DNA from: the human T2T-CHM13v2.0 reference genome, Homo sapiens
Direction: 5' to 3' (one strand)
Assembly (NCBI RefSeq): GCF_009914755.1
Contig: NC_060925.1
Length of the DNA stretch: 64,000 nucleotides
The notes beneath the pieces are model-generated. The model saw nothing but the letters and a program-made list of their open reading frames with translations. It was not told the origin of the DNA and did not search any database. Below, piece by piece: positions 26,640-40,593 of the stretch. A program made the position numbers and the translations under genes. How positions within the stretch are numbered: the first letter of the stretch is position 1; every line of letters starts with the position of its first letter.

Positions 26640-28830
26640 TCATGGTCTAGCCTTCCAAAAGTAATGAGACAGAAAGTACAGTAGGCATTTCAAGCAGATG
26701 GGATTTAATATAGGGAATGGATTATCAAGGATTAAAGGCTAAAAAGTTGGGGTGCTGAGGTAACCAGTCATTGGTATCTACCAGAAGGGCTGAGATAACT
26801 CAGATGTTAGTAATTACAAGAAGCAGGGGTCAACATGAAGAGGTGGAGCTGAGCTGGTGCTCAGCTTCCCTGGGAAAGGTTGCTATATTGCTAGTGCTTC
26901 GACCACCAGAGGGGTAGCTAGCTGGCCTGGAACTCTGAGTGGGTATGGCACAACTGGTAACAAGGGTGCAAAAGAAGCTGGAGTCTAAAGCCAAAGTTGT
27001 CCTTAACTGCCTGAGAGAAGCTGACAGGGTTCAGCACAGGAGTAAATTTTTCTCTCTATCTTCTCTCCTTCCCAACTGCCATCAGTGACTACCAGTCATG
27101 GAAATAAGCCAGAAAGAGATCGGTCTAAAAAACATAATTTACTGAATCTCAATCCCAGCATCATGGAGTAAAGTATGTAAGAGTAATCTTGATGCTGAGA
27201 TATAACAGATAGATAACCTGCAAAATCTACACTTTTGGGCATTCAGTATCCACATGCATTTTCCAAACTTTATTGAAGCCTCCATACAGAAAGGACAACT
27301 TCATGCATCTTCCTAACAAGATGCACACGTTCTTCATAAAAACAAAGGCTTTCTCATCTCAAAAAGAGAAGACACGAAGTTCCATGAGTGACCATACCTA
27401 TCTCTGGACAATGTTATTCTTCTTCTAATTCACTCATACCCTTGCCTGAATATTCTGTAACACAAAGACTAAGTTTGCCACTGAAAACAACTACTACATA
27501 AGATAATAAGGGAAAGATTAATAAAAGGGAAATTTAGTTAATATATATGAAGTATCATGAAGAAAATATGCTTAGTTGCTACAGGCTTCAATTCCGCATC
27601 TGGTCCCGACAGCATAGGTGATATTCATACCTTCCTCGTTCTTCCCCCTATCCCGTGTCCCCTTTGCCCTCAGCTAGTCAGGATTCTGTATCTGTTAGAG
27701 TGACATACAACTTCATCTGGGAAGGACTTATCTGCAGCTCTGCTTTTGTTGTGTTGATCAAGTTTTCTGTCAAATTTTACTACCAAAAAAAAGTGAAACA
27801 GTTAAGAGGCCCCCAAGATCTCTTGGGATCTAGATATAGTGCCTATCTTGCTGTGACAACTCAGTTTCAGTCTAAGTTTAACCCTTAATAATTAGAATCA
27901 ATAACCCCAACCAGCAGATACATTCCATTCTTTGCCTATGATTTCAGTGGCATAAGCAGCCCAGTATGGTCAGACAGCAGTCTCAACTCCCAACTCAATG
28001 GAATACGGTTATTGAGTCTTATGGTAGAAGCCTTCTCTACGATACTAAGATTTCTCAATCATTACAGCCCAGCCCAAAGTTGCAATATTAGGAAGCCCAA
28101 ATTTTGAATGGTGCATTCCCTGTAATAAAAAGAGATGCTTCTCTGACTTCTGTTGATTTTCAGATCTAAGTATTCTTTATTGGTTGCTTGTTCAAAGCAT
28201 ACGCTATGAAATAATGCTCCAACCTTGTAAGGATTTCTCCCAGTTGACATATTAACTGAATCTTCTATTAGTCAAACTATTACTAGGTGGTCAGGTATGT
28301 ATTAACGTTAGTAAATTTCTTAAGAATTAATATCTTGCTATTACTTATTTTTCTGTTAAATGAGTGTCTTGGTTAGAAGCAATGTTGTTTTGAATACCAT
28401 GATGGTGAATTAGAATTTCATTAATTCTATGGGCAGTTGCACTGGCCAAAAACAAAAAAAATAAAAAACAAAAACAAACAACAACAACAACAAAAACACT
28501 GCTAGCATGCTAGCAGGAAAGAAAAATCTACTCAGAATACTCATTTCAGAAAGAAGTTGCTTGCTCCTGCATGATGGAAGATGCTCAGCTTGCCACCAGC
28601 TGGCTGCCTGTTCTTCTCAGAGAATGGTCCAGATAAAGCGTTAAGCACTGGTCTATGGTGTAGGCTGGGTAGGCCCTTGGCAGTGACAGTATTTATATCA
28701 GCCTTTATGAAGGGATATTCTTGTTGTTAAATACATATATAAACTTCATTCCTCCTACAAAGGCTTGGGACTGTGGGGAAGAAGGCTTACTGCCATCCAC
28801 AGAATGCATCACAAGTCTGTAGCAACACCA
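26640..28830 (-). mobile_element. ERVL/MaLR-class LTR plus internal-region remnant
   Basis: LTR-like gggatttaatatagggaat followed by ERVL-internal-like sequence (cagtggcataagcagcccag..ggcagttg..aataccatgatggtgaat). Confidence 0.55.
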
Positions 28831-29315
28831 TAATCAACTAGTCAACGTGAAGACTCTAAAGGTCAAAAGTTCTGATCACCATGTCATCCTGCTTTCCATA
28901 TTGTCCATGCACCACCTTGTTCCTGGTAACTAAAAGCTGTCACATTGATCTTGGGCTCTTCAGGCCCTATGATCCCTATTAAAATTAGAAAGCCCATCTC
29001 AAAATCAGCTTTTTCCCTCTGCTGTCACCAGGCTACAGAGGACAGCCACTGCACAGCCTTTCAAAGATGCTGGTGCCCCCTCTCTAGCACCTTTCTCAGT
29101 GACTTCATGAAGTTGGTTCTCTCAGGGGATTTATTTAGGAGGGGGCAGTGAGATACGTAGTATGAGTAAATGAGAGGCTGTACATGATAAATATTCTCCA
29201 ACGTCCTTAAATTTTTGGATTCTTTGTTACATTATGTTTATTATTTAGTATTTGTGAGCATAAGCATCGAAGTTCAGTTTCTGATCATCCTTACTCCAGG
29301 CTGTAATAGCCAAGA

Positions 29316-29459
29316 CCAAGGGTTGGCAAACTATAGTCCATGGACCAGATATGCCCACTGCCTATTTAAAGTTTTATTGGAACATAGCCATGTTCTTTTG
29401 TTTACATTTTATCTATGGCAGCTTTCATACTACTAATGCAGACTTGAGTAGTGACAGAT
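29316..29459 (+). mobile_element. MER58A fragment
   Basis: caagggttggcaaactatagtccatgg...aaagttttattggaacatagccatg. Confidence 0.8.
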
Positions 29460-30599
29460 TTCTAAATAAATTAAATATATATTTATACATATATAAACTT
29501 ATCTAAATGTATATGTGTGTATGTGTATATGTGTGTATATTCATCCAGCAATGTGTTCCAAAGGAAACCAGCATGCTCTGGCCGATTGCTTGGAAGACCC
29601 AAGGACTTAACTCCTGTCATATCAAGGGGTGATCAGACCCTGACAGCCTGATTCATGAGTGCCGAAACATACACAAGACAGGCTCAGACATCAGAATGCT
29701 AACTTATTGATTTACAGTGAGAAATTCCTGTCACAGAGACCAGAAGTATGGATGGCCATATGCTCAGCACATGCTTCCCTGCCGTCAAGCTGTAGGAAAA
29801 GCCAAAACCTAATAAGAAATCACTTTATTGATTTTATGAAAAATCATCGTCAAGCAGGACTTAAATACCCATAGCTATATAATTACTGCTTTTTCCATGT
29901 AGGTAAACTTGTATGGGGGTCAGAAGGCTGTTTGGCAAACATGAAAACAGAATGCAGGAAGTGAGAATTGACTGTTTAATGGCATCACGCTATCTGGATA
30001 TGCTCATCATATCATAAAGGTGACTTTGTAAGTGGAGAAAAAATAACTGAAGGTCAATGCTGACAACTCTCTACATTATCTCTACCTTAAGGAGAAGAGA
30101 ACCTTAGCAGTTGAGACCAGAATTAAAGTCTGATATTCCTTTCTCTATACCTCTACAAATGATCAACTTTCATTTTATTGAAATTGTGTCTTTTTAGGTG
30201 TGTTGGTTATGCAGCCCACATAACCTCTTATCTCTTTTGGATGTTTCCTATCTCAATTCTCTTGTACTACATGGCAATCTTATATTGTATACTCAGAGAA
30301 AAATCTATTTCATATTTATGATATTTTTTATATACATGTGCTTTGGGGATTGGATACAATAATTTAGGTAAAGTACCTAGTATAATGCTGAGGACATAGC
30401 AGGTGCTCAATAAGTGAAAATAGTATAATATACTGGAAGTGGCAGATATGAATGTAATTAACAGGTATGTTATACTATAAAAGTGCTGTGAACAAAGTGC
30501 TATGGGAACACATAAGTGAAATAGTCCCAGGAACTTTACCTGTTCAACATATGCAGCTGTAAATCACTTCCTTAGTGCCTTTGTCATCTTTCTCTGACT

Positions 30600-30830
30600 A
30601 TATTCCAGAGAATAAATACCAAACTTCATGTGGGGCCCAGAATTTAACACTATACCTTAGAATATAGTTCAGTTCATGCTAAGTACAGTATAAACCTCAT
30701 CTCTCTGTTAATTCTCACTAAGCCAAGCATCATTACTGCTGAAATTGAGCTTGTGGTCACCCAAACCCTGTAGTTTTTGTTAGGTAAATTTTTTCATACC
30801 AAGTGTCTCCAATCCTGGTCTTGTAGGGCT
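30600..30830 (-). mobile_element. L3/CR1 fragment
   Basis: tgtggggcccagaatttaacac...tgagcttgtggtcacccaaaccc. Confidence 0.5.
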
Positions 30831-31067
30831 GAGTGAAAACAAAACCAAAAATAAATCCAAAACAGTACACTCAGTTGAAATTATATTTTCTTCTAAACCA
30901 TGGATATTCTATTTTCCTTCTTATGTCATAGTGCCGCGGTTTATACTTTGAGCTAGAAAATTGAAAGTCACAACCATATCTGCAACATCGACAAACACTG
31001 TTGGTTCTTCCGAAATTTCCCCATATCTGACTTCTTCCTTTTACACCTACTACTTCATTTGTTTAGT

Positions 31068-31290
31068 TTTATTTAACAAATGCATAATTCTTATTCAGTG
31101 CCATGCCCTGTTCTAAACACTTTAAAAATACTAACTCATTTTATTCTCCTAACAACCCTATGAAGAGTAATCCTATTATCCTCAAAGCATGGAGAAGCTA
31201 GGTAATTCTCCCAATGTTGCAAATCTAACATGTAGTTACAAACCCAGGCAGTCTGGCTCCCAGATGTGAGCTGTGCCCACCGTGCTGTAT
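31068..31290 (-). mobile_element. MIR
   Basis: actcattttattctcctaacaaccctatgaag...aaacccaggcagtctggctcc. Confidence 0.75.
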
Positions 31291-31294
31291 GGCT

Positions 31295-32010
31295 CAGTTT
31301 CCCATTATCCTTACCCTAAGCTAATACAATAGCCTACCTACTAATCTCTCTGTCTTCAGCATGGCCTCTCCCCATTTGAACTTGTCATCTACATTGTAGA
31401 CAAAGCTACATTTCTAAACCACAGATACATGTATATAATTCCTGAGCTTAAAACCCTGAGATACCTCCCTAGAGATCGGAGATAAGTTCTTTATTATGAG
31501 GAATAGTCTGCAATAATTGGCAGAACATTCATGGCTGTTCGCAACTTGTCTTCAAACTTCTGGTCTAGCCTTATCTACTACTTTCCCACTAGTCCCTTAA
31601 TGGACTCTCTCATTCAACCATATTAGATACTGAATGTTATTGCCTAAATATATAAGCAGCTACTGCTCATAACATGTCTACACACATACACACACAAATA
31701 TATATATATATATATATATAACATGTACACCCATACTTACGGAATTCTCATCATACAGCGAATCTCCGATCAAATGCCCTTGATATAATTTACAGAATTA
31801 CACTTCATGCATAGTAAATTACTCATACCTTTAGGTTTCCATACCACTTTGTTTCTTCTACAAAAATGACATTTCAAATATTGTCATATACTCTGTTATA
31901 TACAAATCTATCTCTCCAACTGGATTGTAAAATTTTTGAGACTAGGAGTTGGGTTCTACCCATTTTGTATTCTTAATATTTAGCATATTTGGGACTTAAA
32001 ACATTAAGTT
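31295..32010 (+). mobile_element. L2 fragment with internal (CA)n(TA)n
   Basis: caatagcctacctactaatctctctgtcttcag...tggattgtaaaatttttgagactagg. Confidence 0.55.
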
Positions 32011-33936
32011 TAAAAAATTGAGCTTAAATTTAATAAATAATATTTTTAAATAATTTAAGCAAAATATTTATTCTAATTTTTAAAAATATTTACTTGTGGA
32101 TACCTGAGTGTTTTTGTGTCATATATACATAGTAGAATATTAAGAATGATTTATTCAATGAGATAAAATTATAGGTTATATCATGTTTGCTCTATAACTC
32201 TTCTGTGTATTGTAACTTTTCTATTAAGATTTTTAATTTTAAAAAAGTGTTGTTTTCATATCCCAAATTTTATTTTGGTGACTCTGGCCATATTTCAAGC
32301 CTGATATGATCTTTTAAAATATTTATACTGCTTATCAAACTTCTGTCTCTAATTAAAATTTAGAACATGAAATTCCTGTGGTCCCATGGTAACCACAAAA
32401 AAGCCTGGACAAAATAGAAACAGTACTTTTCTATGGAAATAGCAAAGAAGAGGATGCAATGAATCTTTGTTAAACTGAATTTCAGAAAAAAATAGCCCTT
32501 CATAGTGAGGAGAGAGCTTCAGCATCTTCTGAACCTGAGAGCAGGTTCCAGGTCTCAGTATAGGTGGATGGATGGTAGAATAAACCACATAGAAACAAAG
32601 AGATTGAAGAAAATGAAGAGAAATCAGCTGAGCCTTAGATGACAGTGTGGGCTGGTGACATTTTTTAGAATCTGGAAGAGTGGCAAATGTAAAAATAAAT
32701 CATGTGGCCCAGTAAGTCTCTTTCCCTAACCAAACACTGAATTTTGCCATGAAAGGAACAATAAAGGGTATTCTTTAAAGTAGAAAGAAATAGCAATGGT
32801 CCCAGACATCCTCAAAATTCTTCTATTATAGAAACCTGCTGGAGTTGAAACCAGGGTGAACAAAAAAAGGGAAAAAAAAAGCTAATATTTGGTTGTCTCT
32901 TAGGTCAAATATTGTCTTGGTTAACGGAAGATGCAGGTGAAGCTACAAAAGTTTAGCTTGGACAAATCACTTACTTCTATCTAAATTAAAGCTCAGACTC
33001 AAACTTACTCTAGTAGCCCCTTACCCCAACCCCTAGACAGAGGAAATAACTTGCATTATTTTACAAGTAAATAAAGCAATAAAAACTAAATTATATAGCA
33101 ATCTCCATCATCATTTTATACACAACCTCCATAATGTAATAAAAAATTATAAGACATACAAAGAAAATGTGACTCACAATCAAGAAAAAACATAGCAATT
33201 AGAAGAAAACCCACAGTTAACCCAGTTAAGGGCATTAGCAATTATTTTAAAACCAATTTTCTAAATATGGTAAAGAATCTGCAGAAAAATACATATATAA
33301 CAAATAAAAAGATATGGTATTTCAGAAGAGATATGAGAACTATATAAAATAAACAAAAGACATTATAATATTTAAAATCCAAAGTTTACCCAATGGTCTT
33401 AATATCAGATTGGACATTATGGCAGAAAAGATCACTAGATTTGAATACAGGTCAATAGAAATTATTCAAACTGAAGCAGAGAGAAAAGGAAATGGTTGAA
33501 GAAAATAAACAGAGCATCAGTAATACATGAGACAATATCAAGCCACCTAACATATTCGTAACTGCCATCCCAGAAGGAGAATAAAGGTGGAATGAGGAAG
33601 AAAAAATTACTTGAAGAAATATTAGGCAAAAGCTTTCCAAATTTAACATAAAACATCAACCCACAAATTCAAGAAATTTAATAAACCTCATCTTGGACTA
33701 ATGCAAAAAGATAACTCATCTAGGCACATCATAATCAAGTTTTTGAAAACAAGATATAAAGAATCAGTTTTAAAAGAATACAGAGATAAAAACACATTAA
33801 CTCCAGGTGTACAATGATAAAAATGAGTATTAACTTCTCATCAGAAAACAATAAGTACTAACTTCTCATCAGAAAAAAAAAAAGCAAGCTAGAAGACAAT
33901 AAAACATCATCTTGAGTGTCAAAGAAAGAAAGCAAT

Positions 33937-34293
33937 TGTCTTAGTAAGCTTGGGCCACTACAACAGTTACCATGGACTGGATGGCTTAAAAAAACAGATG
34001 TTTATTTCTCACAGTTCTGGAGGCTGGACGTCCAAGATAAGGCTGGCGGTATGGTTAGGTTTTGGTGAGGGCCCTCTTCCAGGTCAGATAGCTGACTTCT
34101 TGTATCCTCACATAGCAGAAAGAAAATAAGCTAACTCTCTGATCTTTTCTCATAAGGGGACTAATCCCATTCATGAGGCCTCTACCCTCATAACTTAATC
34201 ACCTCCCAAAGAATTCATCTCCAAATAGCATCACATTGGAAATTAAATTTTAATATATAGATTTTAGGGAGATATAACATTTTGTCCATAACA
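33937..34293 (-). mobile_element. MLT1A-type solo LTR
   Basis: tgtcttagt..tttatttctcacagttctggaggctgg..gtccaagat...gtccataaca. Confidence 0.85.
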
Positions 34294-34507
34294 GTTATGT
34301 CAACCTAGAATTTTATATCCAGCAGAAATATTCTTCAAAATAAAGGTGACATAAATACATTTTAAAATCAAGAAAACTTTAGAGAATTCATTGCCAGCCA
34401 AAATGATGCATAGTACAAATTATCTAATAAAGAACTTATATCTAAAATAAATAATCCCTCAGCAAACGGTCAAAGGACTTAAACAAACACTTATTTTTAA
34501 AAAGAAG

Positions 34508-34795
34508 TGGGTAAAGTGGCTCATACCTATAATCCCAGCTACTTGGGAGGCTGACGTGGGAGAATTACTTAAGGCCCAGTGTTTAAGACCAGCCTGGGCA
34601 ACATAGCAAGACCCTGTCTCTAAAAAGCTTTTTAAAAAATAGCCAAGCAAGATGGCAGTGCCTGTATTCCCATCTACTTGGGAGGCAGAGGAGAGAGGAT
34701 CACTAGAGCTGAGGAATTTGAGGCTGCAGTGAGCTATGATCATGCCACTGCACTCTAGCCTGGGTGACAGAGCAAGACCCTGTCTCAAGAAAAAC
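34508..34795 (+). mobile_element. AluJ (Jo/Jr-like)
   Basis: cctgggcaacatagcaagaccctgtctc and gaggctgcagtgagctatgat diagnostics. Confidence 0.9.
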
Positions 34796-35789
34796 AGACC
34801 TAAAATAGGTATTAAATAAATGATAAAGTGTATTTTAGCATTAATTATCAGAAAAAAGCAAATTAAAACCACAACAAGAAACATTATACCCACTAGAATG
34901 TCTAAATTTAAGAAAACTGACAATACAAAATTTTGGTAAGGATACAGAGCAACTGGGGTTTTCAAATATTGCTGGTAGGGGTGTTGTCAAGTTTCTTATA
35001 GAGTGAAACATGCACGTGCCCCAGCAATTTTATCCCTGGAGACATAAAAATATATGTGCACAAAAAAAATCGTATATGGAGTATTATTTTTAAAAGCCAA
35101 AAAATGAAAACAAATTTAGCATCCAGCAGCAGGAAAACAGATAAATAAAAATCATAGTAGAATAGTTTTGGCAATAAAAATGATCAACTGAACACAGAAT
35201 AATGTGGATAAATCTCAAAAAAATTAGTTAAGAAAAAGAATCCAAACACAAAAGAGAGTACACACTTTTTTTTTTATTCTTGCACCGTTCAAGAACAGGC
35301 AAAACTAATTTATGATAGTGGAAATCACCAAAGTAGCTGATTCTTAGTTTAAGAATTGAATAAGAAGGGGCACAAGGGAAAAAACCTTTTGTGTAATGAA
35401 AGCACTCTATATTTTAATTGTACTTTTGTCAAAACTAATCAACGGGTATATTTTAAATGTGCCCATGTTCACTGTACATATACCTCAACAAGTAAATATT
35501 AATCTCTACTGATGAATAAAGACAACTGTCTTCAAGCATACTAGTTATGTCTCTCAAGGTTTGTGCCTCCTACAAAGTATTCAAATAAATTCCATTGCAG
35601 TTGGTAAAGTTCCAGAATGAGATGTGGCTAAGCACCGTACCTTTTTGTTTACCACTAGAGGTTAACCTCCAGCAGGTCATCAATATTAATCAACATGTTT
35701 TAATGTACAGTTACTATATTAATCTCAAATTCAACATTCTTAGGTGTAGGCTGAAAACTCTCAATCATGCCTAGTTCCGTTAGGAAATC

Positions 35790-36290
35790 GTTTCCATTCA
35801 AAATCTGCCCCTCTCCCTCTCTAGTTGTGACACCAAGTAGAGCTGTAATACCTTTCCTTTATAAACTCAAAGTTGGACCATTGTTCCAGGTCTAGCTAAT
35901 AAAAGCACTTAATTTCTCTGTCCTAGTGATTATTCTAGCATGGGCAGGTGACTCAGTCTCGACCAACAGTGTTTTTTCTCAGAATCATCTTATCTAGAGT
36001 TAAAGAAAAAGGGACTGTTTCTAAGTATATTTCTGGAAGAATATAAATTAAAGGCTGCTAGCAGTCTTCTTTTTTACTATATCAGGAAAGTATATAGTAA
36101 GGCAATATAAAGTCAAGTGATAGCAAACATATGAAAGAAGGAGAGTTCTCTTTGCATTGAAGTTCCAATTTCCTAACTAGCTTACTATGAGAAGAACCAA
36201 CTTGGTTTCCTGAGCCATAAAAATCTCCATTCTGCTACACTACCTTGAACTAGATTTCTGTCTCTTGCAGTTTAAAGAATCCAGACTATC
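35790..36290 (+). mobile_element. LTR16-like ERVL LTR
   Basis: gcatgggcaggtgactcagtc..gaccaa and 3' tttctgtctcttgcagtttaaagaatccagacta. Confidence 0.45.
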
Positions 36291-37037
36291 ATTTCATATT
36301 ATCATTGAGATAATGAAACACTTTTATATATAGTAGTGAAAAAAAATCAAGAAAACTTTGATCAAGGTGTTTTAACAGCTTGAAAACATTTTTAAAAATT
36401 TAGTATAACCTCTATTAGAATCTATTAATCTCTACTTCTTTTGCTCTGTTTGAAAAGAATTTATTTAGCATTCTATTATAAAATAGCAATGGATATTAAT
36501 GTCAAGCCCAATAACAAGTCATTTTCAATGTCTTCCTTTCAAACAACTGGGAATTCTGAGAAAACGGCAGTGACAGCGTTATTTTTTAATGTTGCCAAAT
36601 CACTCATCAAAACAGACAGATTAATGAGAGTAACAGGGCCAAAAATTAAATAAATAACTTCCACAACTAAACTGGCATGTTATCTCAACAAACCCCAAAT
36701 ATGAGTTGGGTGGGGTATGGGCAGGGCATGACCCATATAAATACTATATGGGTATGCATAAAGAAAAGGGAAGTAATGAGGTATCTGACATATTTGAAAA
36801 CGGGAAAACCTGAAAATAGCCAAAGCTACACACTAGAAATCGTGACAGGCCAATTTTAGAACAGCAGCTGAAAACGTGAGATGTTTTGTGAGTAAGGTGT
36901 GCAGAAATGAAAGCAGTGTAGGCCCTATCTATGATGTCCCAAAACTAACTATTCAAATCTCTCTTCCTGGACAAAGTGCTACAGTGAGGAGAAAATCAGG
37001 AACAAAATACAAATTGACCAGGACATAGAAAAAGAAA

Positions 37038-37422
37038 TTTGTTAGTCAGGTAGGGCTGCCATAACAAAATACCACAGACTGAGTGGCTGAAATAACATTA
37101 CTTTCTCACAGTTCTGAAAGCTAGAAATCCAAGATCAAAGTGCCAGAAAATTTGGTTTCTGGTGACTGCACTCTTCCTGGTTTACAAACAGCCATCTTCT
37201 CGCTGTGTCTTCACATTCCTCCTTGTGTTTATGAAGGGAGAGGGATCTCTACTGTCTCTTCCTCTTCTAAGGACCCAGTCCTGTTGGAGTAAGGCCCACC
37301 CTATGACCTCACTTAACCCTCATTATCTTCTTATAGTCCCCATCTTCAAATCAGCCACATTGAAAATTAAGGCTTCAACATATGAATTTGGAGAAAGGAG
37401 GAGACAAAATTCAGTCCATTAC
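37038..37422 (-). mobile_element. MLT1A0-type solo LTR
   Basis: gggctgccataacaaaataccacagactgagtggct...aaatccaagatcaaagtgcc...attcagtccatta. Confidence 0.85.
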
Positions 37423-40387
37423 CAGGTAGCAAAGAAAATAGAGGTTCTACGTAAAAGTGGAGAGATGTATTATACAAAGACAAGAAACCTCTAGAGGTAC
37501 AGAATCACATTTTTTAACACTTCATAAGCATAACATAATACAATTTCACAGTGATAAAGTTGAAATGGCTGTCCTGACCCATCCCCTTCCTTCTAAAATT
37601 TAGGAAGTAAAAATAAAAAACAGAAAGTAATTGTGGCTGAATCCCAAACAATATCACCACAATTAAAAGATAATAAAGAACAAGATAACAATTTTACAAG
37701 AAGAAAAAAACACCACAAAGGCATGTCTGTGAAACAGACAACAAGTGTAAACTAACACTTCAAAATCAGCCAAAGGAAATTAAGAAAATAATACAAAATA
37801 TGAAAATAAATATATAAATCAGAATTAAAAATAAATAAGGAATGATATCTGGTTTCAGGTCCAATATACAAAGAGCTTCAAAGTCATCACTCACACTCAC
37901 ACACAAAAAAATAATGAACAAACTAAAAATCAATGACTTTTCTTAGATTCATCAGAGAATTGAGGTCACAAGGCAAAATGCCAAACCAAAATCTAGAAAG
38001 GCATGTGAATACAGAGAATCAAGCTGAGATCAGATTACCTGAAGCAGAAGCTGCATGAGTCAGTAATTGACAGAAACAGTTAAATAGTTATTTTTATGAA
38101 TTGCTGGAGGAAGAATGTGGATTAGCATGAGAGATAAAAACACTTGGGAGCTAGTTTTAGGGGGACTTCCACACTTGAGGGAGGTTTACTTCCAGAAACA
38201 CAACTATGTTCTCATGGCTAAAATCAGAGAAAAATCCTGTCCTGTTTCTAGTAGGAGAAAGGAAAATGTAACCACTTAGAAATATACCCAGAGTATTTTC
38301 CATAACAAAGGACTGCCTTCCAGGGGAAACTACTTTACCAGAACCTTGCCTACCTGTAGAAAAGTCAATTGGCTAGCTCAAATCCTCTCTAGCCTTCCAG
38401 TCTCTCATAAAGGGAGGAGGCAGAAAGGCCAAGAAGTATTTCTGAAGGTCAGAGCCCAATCACTCAGTCTCGCTAAGTAACAGAGATTAAATCGTAAGGT
38501 TGTAGAATACTTTCTGCCTCCACCAATTTGCCACTATATTGATAGGGTTCCAGTATGACAGCAGATTCCAACTGAAAGACCTGTAGGACACAGACTCTAT
38601 TTAAGAAGTTCTTAGGCAAACCCAAAGACAATAGAGGAGAAAATAAAATGAGAAAACAAGAAATACCTACTCTTCTGGCACCTATAGTTATAGCAAACAG
38701 GAAGTATAGCTCAACTCCTAGCAATATCCATATAAAATCAAAACCTAATTACCTGTTTCTATCATTTCCAGCTTTCAAAACAAAAAAAAAGGCACATAAC
38801 ACATAGTCTAAAGAGAACAGAAAAACATTAGAACCAGACTTAGATTTGACATCGATTTTGGAATTATCACAGAATTTAAACTGTGATTAACATAATATGA
38901 GCTCTGATGGAAAAAGTAGACAACACTCAAGGAGGAATGTAGAGTGTAAGCAGAACTTCACATTAAAAAGAACAGTTAAAGGTGCTACAAATAAAAAACA
39001 CTGTAACAATAATGAAGAATGTTTTGCTGGACTCACCAGTAGACTGGAAATAGTAAAGGAAGGAATAACTGAGCTTGAAAATAATATCAAGAGAAGTTCA
39101 AAATTAAATGTAAAGGAAAAATAATTTGTTTAATAGAACATAACATTCAAGAACTCTGGGACAATTACAAAAATGTAACACACATATGATTGGAATATGA
39201 CAAAGAAAAGAAAATGAGAAGTAAGCAAAAGAAATATTTCAAGCAATATGGCAGATATTTACTATTATAGTTGGTGTCCTCAATACAGTTTTGATAAATC
39301 TAATATGCAGAAAATCAGTAAGAATACAGTTGATCTTCACAGCACCATCAATCAACTGGACCCAACAGCAGAATATATTAATAAATCATTAAACACACCA
39401 AGACACAACATATTCTGGGCCATAAAAAAGTCTTTTAAATTTTTAAGGAATAAAAATAATGCAACCACGCTCTCATACCACAATGTTAAACTAGAAAACA
39501 GTAACAGAAACAGGAAAAATCACAAAATATTTGGATATTCTTAATAACACATTCTGAATAACACATTCAGCAAAAAAGTTTCAAAAAAAGTTTTTAAATA
39601 TTTTGAACTAAATGAAATAAAACATCAAAAAATGTGATATCCAGTGGAAGCAGTGCTTCAAGGTAAATCTACAGCATTGAAGGTATATGCTACCAAAGAA
39701 GATAGATCTAAATCAATAATCTAAACTTATACCTTAAGAAACTAAAGAAAGAAGAGCAACATAAACCTAAAGCAAGCAGAAGAAAAGAAAGAAATCAAGC
39801 AGAAATCAATGAAATTTAAAACAGAAAATTAATATTTAAAAAATCAACCAAATCAAAAACTGGCATTTTGAAAAGATGAATAAAATCTATAAACCTCTAG
39901 CCAGACAAACCAAGAAAAATAAGACACAAATTACTGAAATATAAAATGAAAGAGGGACATCACCACTGGTTTCATGGACATTAAAAGAATAATAAAGGAT
40001 ATTATGAAAAACTCTGTACCCACACATTTTGATAACTTAGATGAAACAGACTAACTTTTTGAAAGATACAAACTAACCAAACTCATAAAGGAGAAATAGG
40101 TCTTCTGAATAATCCTGTATCTGTGAAATAAATTAAGTCAATATTAATAAACCTGTAAAATTAAGTCACCAGGACCAGATAACATCACGGTGAATTCTAC
40201 CAAATATTTGAGAAAGAAATGACAAAAATTCTCTAGAATTGTTTCTAGAAAATAGAAGCAGAAAGATTACCTTCTATCCCACTATATGAGGCCATCATTA
40301 TCAAAATACCAAAACCAGATAAAGATATTACAAGGACAGTAACAAGACAATATCTCTCATAAAAATAGATGTAAAAATCATCAACAA

Positions 40388-40502
40388 TTTATTTATCCAG
40401 TGTATCACTGATGGGCATTTAGGTTGGTTCCCAGTCTTTGCTCTTGTAAACAGTGCTGCAATAAACATATGTGTGCATATGCCTTCATAATAGAATGATT
40501 TA
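40388..40502 (-). mobile_element. Inverted L1PA (PA7/8-like) ORF2 C-terminal segment
   Basis: Minus-strand track ORF contains CTHMFIAALFTRAKTGNQPKCP, the L1 ORF2p C-terminal motif. Confidence 0.85.
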
Positions 40503-40593
40503 AAAGGGAGGGAGAGCATTGGGTCAAACACCTAATGCATGTAGGGCTTAAAACCTAGATGATGGGTTGATGGGTGCAGCAAACCACCATGGC
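40503..40593 (+). mobile_element. L1PA (PA7-like) 3'UTR stub, no poly(A)
   Basis: ggagggagagcatt..cacctaatgcatgtagggcttaaaacctagatgatgggttgatgggtgcagcaaaccaccatggc. Confidence 0.85.

Larger units (their letters stand above)
32390..35490 (+). mobile_element. L1ME-type relic (5' region, ORF1, 3' end), interrupted by MLT1A and AluJ
   Basis: ORF1-like aggtcaatagaaattattcaaactgaag..; gtcaacctagaattttatatccagc resumes after the LTR; L1ME 3' end ggcaaaactaatttatgatag..atacctcaa. Confidence 0.75.

Noticed and set aside
29550-30100. Possible LTR-like segment
   Set aside because: Could not assign a family or termini with confidence
34459-34965. 168-aa ORF and similar ORFs at 41475, 42033, 43303, 50837, 51072, 61367, 61722
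   Set aside because: Alu-derived translations (LECSG..AHCSL, SASQVAG motifs); not genes
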